Origin: Mesotaenium endlicherianum
Lineage: Eukaryota
DNA: 37,531 nt
Assembly: GCA_009602735.1 (NCBI GenBank)
Contig: WELA01003159.1
Span: forward strand, 233,116-270,646
Reading direction: 5' to 3'
Each line of letters begins with the position of its first letter. The first letter of the stretch is position 1. The position numbers and the translations under genes were made by a program. The notes under the pieces were generated by a model. That model saw only the letters and a list, made by a program, of their open reading frames with translations, was not told where the DNA came from and made no database searches. Below, piece after piece: positions 25,656 to 35,987 of the stretch.

Positions 25656-25844
25656 ATGGCGGCGAACTCTGACAAGGTCGCGGACCCGCTGTCAGAGAAC
25701 AGGCCCAGAGTCGCTGAAGGCTCGGGTAGCTCGGCGGTCAGCTTTGAGAACCTCTCTGACGCTGATAAAGAAGCACTAATGAAAACAGTCCACGAGAATA
25801 TTGTGTCAGAATTAGCCTCTCAGAGGGCACCCGACATGTCTCAG
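25656..25844 (+). CDS. Probable first exon of an unidentified host gene
   Basis: GCTATGGCG start gives MAANSDKVADPLSENRPR...SFENLSDADKEALMKTVHENIVSELASQRAPDMSQ, then a CAG|GTAATG donor. I recognise no family. Confidence 0.45.
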
Positions 25845-25864
25845 GTAATGGCTACCAGAGCCAT

Positions 25865-26125
25865 TGAAATGAATCGACTTACCAAATAAGCGATTAACAA
25901 TTAATAAAGATCTTTATATCAGCAAGTAATCTTTATGGCAATTTCCGTTAACTGGTTAAACGGCAAAGGACAATACACTAGCAGTGAATAATACTCGTAA
26001 GTCAAATGCGAGTAAACTAGCATCAATAATGCAAATCAGTAAACTCATACATAAGCAAGGTTAGAAGACAGTGCGTATCAATGGCTTCTCGCCTTGGATT
26101 CAGATGTCTCTCAGTAAGCTGTACA
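25865..26125 (-). repeat. 3' LTR of copy A (visible part; the rest is in the N gap 26126-26578)
   Basis: Near-identical to 34004-34264 and to the reverse complement of about 35089-35348. Confidence 0.92.
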
Positions 26126-26578
26126 NNNNNNNNNNNNNNNNNNNNNNNNNNNNNNNNNNNNNNNNNNNNNNNNNNNNNNNNNNNNNNNNNNNNNNNNNNN
26201 NNNNNNNNNNNNNNNNNNNNNNNNNNNNNNNNNNNNNNNNNNNNNNNNNNNNNNNNNNNNNNNNNNNNNNNNNNNNNNNNNNNNNNNNNNNNNNNNNNNN
26301 NNNNNNNNNNNNNNNNNNNNNNNNNNNNNNNNNNNNNNNNNNNNNNNNNNNNNNNNNNNNNNNNNNNNNNNNNNNNNNNNNNNNNNNNNNNNNNNNNNNN
26401 NNNNNNNNNNNNNNNNNNNNNNNNNNNNNNNNNNNNNNNNNNNNNNNNNNNNNNNNNNNNNNNNNNNNNNNNNNNNNNNNNNNNNNNNNNNNNNNNNNNN
26501 NNNNNNNNNNNNNNNNNNNNNNNNNNNNNNNNNNNNNNNNNNNNNNNNNNNNNNNNNNNNNNNNNNNNNNNNNNNNNN

Positions 26579-28159
26579 TTGGGTGTTGATCCCCACATAG
26601 ACAGGCATTCCAGTAGGATGCTGAAATACATTGGCTAGAGGTACATGCCCCTGAGCGGAGGGGAAGGCCGGCATACCTCTGGCCCACCCGCGTGTCCCTC
26701 TTCTGGTACCCCTGTCCTCTGGGGATTTTTGCCTGTGTCTGCTGCCCAGTACAGTCAGATCAGCTTCTTCCCCTGCTTGGGCAGGTGGGCTGGGGGAGCG
26801 AGCGCGGGGTCCAGTTGTCGCCNAAGTTGTCGCCATTACGGGGATCACATTCCAAAAACCTCATCGTGGTTCTTTAGGGAGCGCCCCTGCCTGCCCCTGG
26901 GTATCCTAAGTACCTGCTGCTGATGCTTCTCCTCTGCCTTGTTCTTCTTCCTCATCCTCCTCATCCTCCTCCTCGGAGAGAGTAGGGGTCTCGTCCACTA
27001 AGTCGTCCTGCTCCCTAGTAGACATGGAGTAGTCTACCGACCTCCCTTTCTTAGGGCGCGCTGGAGGTTGCTTGGCCTTCAGCCTACTGATATCTATCCG
27101 GCCTGCATTCTTTGCCCATTTGACAAAGGCATGCTTTCCCTTAGAGAAGTAGTCTCTTCCCCTCCTCCTATGTTCCTTGGTCTCTGCATTCATATTGCTC
27201 AGGCATCCATTCAGCCTGGGGTCCCAAGGGGCAATGTGAGGTGGTAGGATGAGATAGCCGTCTAGGCCATAGTGGAAGTCATCCGGTTGGGCTCGGTCAC
27301 ACTCCTGCTTCTTATTTGTGACGGTCATCCACCTCCAGTCTGTTGGCTGCTGGTAGTACTGGAGTCCGTGCTCAGCCTTCCTCAATTTACACGGGAACCA
27401 ATGGGGAGAGAACATCTGCTGTCCTGCTTCCCTGGCCAAGTACTCCCAGCTCCTTCTCTCAACTTCATTGTAAGCTGGCAGGAGTGTGAGGTAGAATACC
27501 GTATCCTTAAAGCTATCGGGCCGCATGCTCACCATCCGGATGAGTCTCTGATCTCCCACTATTCCCGGTATGGGGACCGGCTTGTCCTCTGAATCATCTG
27601 CGAGATACCGGGCCTGCTCTGCTGTATAGCCCACCATCTTAGCATAATCTTCGTAAAGGACCACGCCGGTGTGTGTCTCGATGTACCTGTCCAGTGCTGT
27701 AGCTCCTTCCTTCTGTAGCAGTGTTGTCTGTTCCAGCCTGTTGATCTCCTGGGCTGCCNTTCTTTGTAGCAGTATTGTCTGTTCCAGCCTGTTGATCTCC
27801 TGGGCTGCCAGCAATGCTTCCTTCAGGTTATCGAAGTTTTGGCCACCCACCACAGTATACCTGTAAGTGGCCAAGCTCTTCTGTCTGTCCGCTTCAACCT
27901 TTTTCCTTTTCTCCTCCTCTGCCGCTGCCTCTTCTGCTTGTTGTTTCTTCTGTCTCTCCTCCTCAGCTTTCCTGAGGTTTTCCGCTTCCTGGTCCTTCTT
28001 CCTCTGTGCCTCTTCTGCCGCCTCTTGTTGTCTGCGGACCCTTTCCTGTTCTCTCCTGGTGAGGGACGTCGCCGCCAGCTCCTTCTGGTATTGCTCCATT
28101 GTCCTCCTGGCTTTTTCTGCCTTGCGCTTTTTGTCCTCCTTTTGTGTGGTGGGCGCCAT
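26579..28159 (-). pseudogene. Extra sense-strand ORF downstream of pol in the chromovirus; unknown function
   Basis: Open from ATG 28159 to TAG 26906 (about 417 codons). The same frame continues past that TAG and a TGA 15 codons later into the N gap; both stops fit CAG/CGA C>T changes. Architecture: charged coiled coil, aromatic-rich globular region, basic patches, acidic tract. Confidence 0.75.
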
Positions 28160-28549
28160 CCTGTGCATGTAACCAGGGCACAAGTTAGTAGGGTCTGGAC
28201 CTTTGTCATAGGGATTGCAGGAAGTATGTTAGTATTAGTATAGTGGATTCGATGCTGTTTACCTTACAGGATGATTGCTAAAAGTTGACGTAGTTGCGAT
28301 GCGCTAAACATAAACGTATGATTGTGTTGTAGGGTGAGTTAAGTGATGTAGTGTTGTGCGAGGCCCTTTTTCCTTCAGCTCAAGGTGCTTTATGTGGGCC
28401 AGGCTGTCCCCTCTGTCACCATGCTGACACTTAGGATTCACGTAACTCTCCCTTTATCGCTCTCGCTCACTAACTGTCATATATTTTCCCCTCCAACTTA
28501 AATGGAGACAGGACCGCCTGTCGCCTTCCCGTGTCAACTGAAATGACAG

Positions 28550-31500
28550 TTATGAAGAGACTCCAGCGGCGCGAAGGTGGAACCGTTTCAACGCCCCTTT
28601 GGCATTGGTCAAGTGGTCCTGAAAAACCCAAGTGTCCCCAGAGGCATCGTAACCCTTCCATCGAATGAGGTATTTCATGACATATTTAGACGATCGACGG
28701 ACCGAGCGAGCGTCTAAAATCTCATCGACCTCATATTCCTCAGGGTCGCCGTGCCGGACAGCGGGGACAGGTCCCGGTTGGACAGGGAACCGACCTGTGA
28801 ACAGTGTATCACCTTTGATGTACGGTTCCAGGAAGGAGACATTAAAGACCGGGTGCCCCTTGTATTCAGCTGACATGTTCAGTTTGTAAGCATTCTGACC
28901 GACACGACGGACCACCGAATATGGACCGACCCAGACAGGGCCAAGCTTTTTCTTGACCACACCAGGGAGGTACAGGTGCTGAGAATGCAGTTTGACTAAA
29001 TCCCCCTTGGAAAATGTCAGTTCCCGACGGTGTTGATTAGCGTATTTTTGTTGGTTTTCTTGAGCCTTGTGCAGGTTTCGTTGGACTTCTGACAAGGTGT
29101 CAGCAAACTCCTGAGTTAACTGGAGGGAGACCGGGTTCTCAATCCCTTCCGGACAAGTTAAAGACTCCCCCAGTACATCTAAAAGAGACTTAGGAACTCT
29201 ACCCAGGCTGAGTTCAAAAGGAGTCTTGCCCGTTGACGCGTGCACCGCACTGTTGACCGCAAACTGAATTTGAGGCAACAGGTCATTCCAATTATCTTGT
29301 TTTTGGTTAATATATGCTCTCAGCACCTCCTGCAGAACTCGGTTAGTTCTTTCAGTCTGCCCATCAGTCTGAGGGTGGTTTGCTGTGCTGAGCAGCTGTT
29401 TGACTCCCATTAACCCCATTAAAGCTCTCCAGAACTTAGAGGTGAATTTTGAGTCTCTGTCTGAGATGATATTAGAAGGGAGCCCATGTTGGCANNNNNN
29501 NNNNNNNNNNNNNNNNAACTGTCTTGCTGTTTCGAGTGCAGTGACTTTGACAGTTGTGGGGATGCAAATGACCATTTTTGTCAGTTTATCCACGACTACC
29601 AATATCGAATCATGCCCATTAGCAGTTCGTGGCAGTGTGACCACCCANNNNNNNNNNNNNNNNNNNNNNNNNNNNNNNNNNNNNNNNNNNNNNNNNNNNN
29701 NNNNNNNNNNNNNNNNNNNNNNNNNNNNNNNNNNNNNNNNGTGTGCCGAGACTTATTTCTCCGTCACTGGTCACAAGACTTGACATATTTCAAGACCTCC
29801 CGGGGTAACCCCTCCCAATGATAATGTTTTGCCAGTTTGCCAACAGTTTTGGCCTGCCCCAAATGTCCACCCAGGAGACTGTCATGAGCTTGACTCAGTA
29901 AGAGAGACCTTATTTCCAAGTTATTAGGAATGACCAGCTTCAGCCTGCCTGAAGTGGTTTCAGTCACCCAGACCCCTCCCTTGAGCTTATACCCGAGTGC
30001 AGTAGCACGACACACACCAGTAGTGGGGCTGGGCTCAAATGTTGGGTCAGAAAGGTAGGCTTTCCTAAGTTGTTCAAGGAAGGACTTTTTCACCTTTAGT
30101 GAAGTGAGTGCACACAGGACTTTATCTACAGCATGCTGACTAAAGTTCCTTTCTTGCAAGTCAGGTCTTCTAGAGAGTGCATCAGCAGGATTCAACTTCC
30201 CTGGTTTGTAGTCGATCTGGACTTGGAACTGCTCCAGCATCTGGCTCCAGCGGTTCTCCCTCCTCGACAGCTTGGACTTCTTCTGAAAGTGGGTCAGAGC
30301 TAGATGATCTGTAATCACCTTAAAAGCTTTACCATGTAAGTATGCTCTCCACTGTTTGAGTACATGAATGATAGCTAGCAGCTCTTTATCATGCACTGAG
30401 TAATTAATCTCCGCTGGATTAAATTTCATAGACTCATACAACACAGGATGCCACTCCTGCCGTACCTTACCATCCTTTGTGGTTTTGTCAGCAGGCTGCA
30501 ACAAAATAGCACCCATGGCAAAGTCAGAGGCATCAGTAACCACCTGCACCGGTTTGCTGGGGTCATACACGGCTAGCACTGGGGCAGAGCAAAGGGCATC
30601 TTTAAGGTTCTGGAAGGCAGCCTGCTGCTCTTCCCCCCACACATACCCAATGTCTTTCTTAGTAAGGTCAGTCAGTTTACTGGCCTTTGTGGAATAATTC
30701 TCAATAAATCTCCTATAGTAGTTAGCCAACCCGAGGAAGGATCTAACTTCAGAGACAGACTGTGGTACTGGCCAGTCCCTTATGGTCTGGACTTTCTTAG
30801 GATCCACACTGATGCCCTCTTTACTGACAACGTGGCCTAAGAATTCAATACTTTCCTTAAAGAAATCACACTTGCTCATTTTAGCATACAAGTGATTTTT
30901 CCGCAGAGTGTCAAGGACTGTCTTTAAGTGTTCAGCGTGCTGAGCTTCATCTTTAGAGAAAATTAAAATATCATCCAGGAAAACTTGCACAAACTTATCC
31001 AAATAAGGTCTGAAAATGTCATTCATAGCACCCATGAAGGTAGCAGGAGCATTAGTCAGTCCAAATGGCATCACGTTGAACTCATAGTGTCCATAACGTG
31101 TGCGGAAGGCAGTCTTGTGTTCATCCCCCTCAGCAATTTTGATTTGATGATAACCACTCTTGAGATCTATCTTACTGAACACCTTAGCACCAGACAGGGT
31201 ATCAAGCAAGTCCTCGATTCTGGGTAAAGCATACTTGTTCTTTTCTGTAATTCTGTTCAGGGCTCTGTAATCCGCACACATTCGCATACTGCCATCCTTT
31301 TTCTTAACAAATAGGATCGGTGCGCCGTACGGTGATTTACTGGGAGAAATGTAACGTTTTCCTCCAGCTCTGCACTCTGTGTTTTTAACTCCTCACTCTC
31401 CAAATAAGACAAGCCATACGTGCGTTGTCAGGGTGGCTGACTACCAGGTAATAAATCAACCCTATGATCTACTTCTCGCTTAGGGGGTAGTCCTGGAGGC

Positions 31501-32488
31501 ATATTATACACATCCGTGTACTGAGCAACAATGTTTGCAGCAGTAGGGTGCTCCGGAGGGCGTACCTTTTTCTCAACCACTTCTTCAGGTTGAGGAGGTA
31601 CCTCTTTTAGCAGAAGACAGAACATTCTGTCTTCCTTCTGGTTCCAGCTTTTGACAAACTCCATTGCCTTCAGCAACTTGCATCCTTCTGGAAGCCTCTT
31701 CTTTTCCTTCATTTGCCATCCACACAGGACAAGAGGAAGAGCACTGGTGGGTGCCAAGTCAGTCTGCCCATCACTGGCTCCTCTCACTTTAACTGTATCT
31801 CTGCTCCAACACACTTCAGCTTGATGTCTGTTAAGCCAGGACCTGCCTAGCACGAGATCATAAAAGCCCGTGTTGAGTACCTTAAATGTAAGCGTTTCAG
31901 TTAGAACTGCAAAGCCAGAACCTAACTGGACCTCAATAGGCTTGGTTATGACTCCTCCCGGGATACTTGAGGCATCTCCAAGGAATATTTTTGTATTCCC
32001 TTGAGTGACAGTAGGCAGCCTTAGCCGCTTAACTAAGTCCTTGTGGATAAAAGTATGTGACGCCCCTCCGTTAACAAATGCCCTCACCTTCCTACCTGCA
32101 ATCATGCAATGCAGTAGGATAGGGGGGACTGTCTTTTCCTGACTTTCGCATTGTTCTCCTGACTTAGCAAACAAATGTTGGACATCAGGTGGAACAATGT
32201 AATGAATCAGTATATTAGTAGATATAATATTTATTTAAATATAATAGTTAATTAAGTTCAGCCTGCTGAACTTTAAGTTAATAGTCAGTCTGCTGGACTT
32301 TACATAATTATCACTCTCTGGACGTCTATATTGCTGATGGTCTCCTTTATCTGGTTGTCAGGCATGCATAGTGAATCTAGTTCAGCAGGACCCATAATAC
32401 CTGCTACGAGGGCAGCTAGTGACGACTCACTATCTCTAGCATCCTCACAGTCAGTAGACTGGATTACTGACTGTTGCTGTCTTTTAAA
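28550..32488 (-). pseudogene. pol: pol of copy A: protease, reverse transcriptase, RNase H, integrase, chromodomain
   Basis: PR AFVNGGASHTF (catalytic D>N). [74 protein letters not shown]. Chromodomain YEVDEIL..YLIRWKGY..DTW. Lesions: TGA at 31428, frameshift near 31355, TGA at 29764, insertion at 32198-32313. Confidence 0.95.
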
Positions 32489-33930
32489 GGCTGGTCTTTT
32501 CTCTCGACTTTGGGCAGGTGCTTGATTGAGACTGTTCTCTGTAGTGGCCTTTCTGCTGACAATGGTAGCAAGTGGATTTTGCTGAGGCTGGTCTCGGCTT
32601 AGTCCTACCACCACCCCTTCCATAGCCGCCTCGAGAGGACCCACCTCTACCTCTAGCCTGAATAGCATTGTATTCATACTCATATTCATCACCCTGATTA
32701 TCCTCAGCCTGGTCTCCTTCAATCGCATTGTAGGAACCGTGGGGCTTTTTGACAATCTTAGACACCAAAGCGTTACTCTGGCGCTTGTGATTGAACTGCT
32801 GCTGATCCCAGGCGTCAGCATCCTGGATCAAGTCAGCCAATTTCTCATACTTTTTCTCAGCAAAATGACCAGAGACCTCGGATTTCAAGCCATACCTGAA
32901 GTATGCTATCCTATACCGTTCTGGCAAATCAGGCTGCTTCATCATGTTCTCTTGGAACTTTTGAGCAAACTCAGCAACTGAAGTGGTCTGCTTCAGTGTC
33001 AGGGAAATCATCGCATAGATAGCTTTCTCCTTCTGGTTGATGACATCAAACTTCTCATACAACTTCTCGACAAACTCTACCCACGTAGGGTCACCGAGTT
33101 GCCGAGCCTTACGCTCTTCCTTCCAGTAAAGCCACCAGTCTGCGGCACTGCCTTTCAGTAGCGCACCGGTGTGCCTGACCTTCTCGTAATCTTGCAGTTC
33201 TGGGTAGTTCTCCAGCCACTGCTCAACATCCGCGAGAAACTTGATCAGGTAATATTTTCTGTTTCCCTCAGGATCATAGTCCTGGGGAGGTTTCGGCTTG
33301 GGCTTACTAGGCCCTCGGCCACCACCACTAGTGGTGTGAGACCCCAGTTGGTCTCTGTCCCGGAGTAGGGACATTATGATTCTTTTGTCCTCCTGTTGGG
33401 ACTGATACATGGTCGCCATTTGCGACTGCATCTGAACGAACAATGCTCCAATATCTACACTTTGGGGTGGTAGATTAGCAAATGCAGCAGCAGCATTGAC
33501 CTCTACTCGCTGAGTAGTGTCCTCAACAGTCCCTCTCGCCCCTGCAGCAGCAATTCCTGCCGTATTCAGCCGGTCACGTATTTGACCTAGGGGTACATTG
33601 AGTTGTACAGCAGGAGGTGGGTTCAGAACATTGGCCCTTGATGCCATGAGTTCCTCGACAGTGCGCTCGTCCGCTGGCTGTCTTTCCCTCCTTTCTGTAT
33701 CTTCAGCGGCCTTTGCTACTTGTTCAGCTTCTAGCCTGGCTCTCTCCTCCTCAGCTTGCTGAGCTGCGACTGCGGCAATAGCAGCTGCCTCATCTGCAGC
33801 CTCCCTAGCTGCAGTATCTGCAACTGCTTCCGAATAGGTACGGGTTCCNAACTGCTTCTGAATAGGTACGGGTTCCCTCTACATGGCTTTCCGCCTGGTT
33901 TTTGACATTCTCGTTATCCTGGTTCTCCAT
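32464..33930 (-). pseudogene. gag: gag of copy A
   Basis: ATG at 33930 (MENQDNENV...). Retrotransposon gag core LLKGSAADWW...LKQTTSVAEFAQKF...YFRYGLK. The zinc knuckle CYHCQQKGHYREQ is broken by a 1-nt deletion relative to copy B. Confidence 0.9.
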
Positions 33931-33990
33931 GTCTCGGGAGTTGCTAGTTTGAGACCTTGTCCTTACCAGACAAAGAAGACTGTAATAACT

Positions 33991-34002
33991 GCTTCGATAC
34001 CA
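33991..34002 (-). promoter_or_regulatory. Primer-binding site of copy A (tRNA-iMet-like)
   Basis: TGGTATCGAAGC 1 nt after the LTR end CA; the canonical site is TGGTATCAGAGC. Confidence 0.8.
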
Positions 34003-34003
34003 C

Positions 34004-34315
34004 TGAAATGAATCGACATACCAAATAAGCGATTAACAATTAATAAAGATCATTATATCAGCAAGTAATCTTTATGGCAATTTTCGTTAACTGGTTAAAC
34101 TGCAAAGGACAATACACTAGCAGTGAATAATACTCGTAAGTCAAATGCGAGTCAACTAGCATCAATAATGCAAATCAGTAAACTCATACATAAGCAAGGT
34201 TAGAAGACAGTGCGTATCAATGGCTTCTCGCCTTGGATTCAGATGTCTCTCAGTAAGCTGTACAGGAGAGTTGGCCTCGTTTCCGAATCCGAACTCGAGA
34301 GCAATGCCTAGCATA
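34004..34315 (-). repeat. Truncated 5' LTR of copy A (3' 312 bp only)
   Basis: Reverse complement of 35037-35348; similarity stops abruptly at 34315. Confidence 0.88.
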
Positions 34316-34474
34316 AGAGCAGTGGATTGAGGGCGGAGAGACAACACACTGTTACTAGTGGTCCCCACAATGAGGCATCAATGTTGGATCAAGAGGCGGT
34401 GGGAGGGAAATCAGTACTTTCAGTTGGGAAAGACCATGTACCCAGTGTTAGTGTTGTCGAGGCGACAACCTGTT

Positions 34475-34486
34475 AGGTTGGAGGGA
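34475..34486 (+). promoter_or_regulatory. Polypurine-tract-like sequence before the central LTR
   Basis: AGGTTGGAGGGA then T and the TG LTR start. A small GTTGTC-GAGGC-GACAAC hairpin precedes it. Confidence 0.6.
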
Positions 34487-34487
34487 T

Positions 34488-35348
34488 TGCAATGAATCAG
34501 TATATTGGTAGATATAATATTCATTTAAATATAATAGTTATATAAGTTCAGCCTGCTGAACTTTAGTTAATATTGAGTCTGGTGGATCTTATATAATAAT
34601 CAGTTTAATGACTCAGCCGGGAGCAGCAGTGTAATGAATCAGTATATTAGTAGATATAATATTCATTTAAATATAATAGTTAATTAAGATCAGCCTGCTG
34701 AGCTTTAGTTAATAGTCAGTCTGCTGGACTTTACATAATTATCAGTTTAATGATTCAGCCGGAAGCAGCAGGCTGAAGTCCATATAAGTCAGCTTGCTGA
34801 CCCATTCTTTGACAGCCAGCTGACTTCCGTACTCGGTAGCAGCGAACTGCCTGGACATGCATCTAAGTGTGATATGCTAGATGAATGGCCAGATGACATC
34901 CCTATGATGGATGGCTATTCGGGATGATGGGAGATGGCGGTGGATTTGGTTAACCGAGGTCCTACCAACGTGGTTAACTCCCGGGTAGGCGGTGCCATCG
35001 CACTGACCGTTGAACAGTAAACTCATTCCATGTACATATGCTAGGCATTGCTCTCGAGTTCGGCATTCGGAAACGAGGCCAACTCTCTTGTACAGCTTAC
35101 TGAGAGAGATCTGAATCCAAGGCGAGAAGCCATTGATACGCACTGTCTTCTAACCTTGCTTATGTATGAGTTTACTGATTTGCATTATTGATGCTAGTTT
35201 ACTCGCATTTGACTTACGAGTATTATTCACTGCTAGTGTATTGTCCTTTGCCGTTTAACTAGTTAACGGAAATACCATAAAGATTACTTGCTGATATAAA
35301 GATCTTTATTAATTGTTAATCGCCTATTTGGTAAGTCGATTCATTTCA
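34488..35348 (+). repeat. Complete LTR (TG...CA) with a tandem duplication of its first ~142 bp
   Basis: TGCAATGAATCAG at 34488 and TGTAATGAATCAG at 34630. It ends CATTTCA at 35348, followed by PBS TGGTATCGAGC (35350-35360). Confidence 0.85.
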
Positions 35349-35420
35349 GTGGTATCGAGCAGTTATCACAGTCTTCTTTGTATGGTAAGGACAAGGTCTC
35401 AAACTAGCAACTCCTAAGAC

Positions 35421-35970
35421 ATGGAGAACCAGGATAACGTGAATGTCGAAAACCAGGCGGAAAGCCATGTAGCGGGAGCCCGTACCTATTCTGAAGCAGC
35501 CGGCTTTGCCAGAACGGTATAGGATAGCATACTTCAGGTATGGCTTGAAATCCAAGGTCTCTGGTCATTTTGCAAAGAAAAAGTATGAGAAACCGGCTGA
35601 CTTGATCCAGGATGCTGATGCCTGGGATCAGCAGCAGTTCAATCACAAGCGCCAGAGTAATGCTTTGGTGTCTAAGATTGTCAAAAAGCCCCACGGTTCC
35701 TACAATGCAATTGAAGGAGACCAGGCCGAGGATCATCAGGGTGATGAATATGAGTATGAGTACAATGCTATACAGTCTAGAGGTGGAGGTGGTTCCTCTC
35801 GAGGTGGCTATGGAAGGGGTGGTGGTAGGACTAAGCCAAGACCAGCCTCAGCACAATCGATTTGCTTCCATTGCCAGCAGAAAGGCCACTACAGAGAACA
35901 GTGTCCAGTCAAGCACCTGCCCAAGGTCGAGAGAAAAGACCAGCCTTTAAAAGACAGCAACAGTCAGTAA
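35421..35970 (+). pseudogene. gag: gag of copy B with a ~0.9-kb internal deletion
   Basis: ATG at 35421 gives MENQDNVNVEN..., which jumps out of frame at GAAGCAG (about 35493-35499) into the C-terminal part. Intact knuckle CFHCQQKGHYREQC; stop TAA at 35968-35970. Confidence 0.85.
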
Positions 35971-35987
35971 TCCAGTCTACTGACTGT
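35946..35987 (+). promoter_or_regulatory. -1 programmed ribosomal frameshift signal (gag to pol)
   Basis: Slippery heptamer T TTA AAA in the gag frame, 7-nt spacer, then a perfect 10-bp stem ACAGTCAGTA / TACTGACTGT with an 8-nt loop. Also present in copy A (32447-32488). Confidence 0.8.

Larger units (their letters stand above)
25865..34315 (-). mobile_element. Ty3/Gypsy chromovirus LTR retrotransposon, copy A (degenerate, 5' LTR truncated)
   Basis: Order on the minus strand: LTR, PBS, gag, PR, RT, RH, IN with chromodomain, extra ORF, LTR. Both LTRs end ...CATTTCA (34004 and 25865). I count about 5 differences over the 261 comparable LTR bases. Confidence 0.95.

Noticed and set aside
27710..27810. 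Apparent 17-aa tandem duplication in the extra ORF (AAQEINRLEQT.LLQ twice)
   Set aside because: A single N separates the copies. The same duplicate-N-duplicate pattern occurs at about 26823, 33849 and 37199, which points to unmerged contig overlaps rather than biology.
29764..29766. TGA at the last Cys of the integrase zinc finger as selenocysteine or read-through
   Set aside because: Single observation in a copy with many other lesions; a TGY>TGA point mutation is sufficient.
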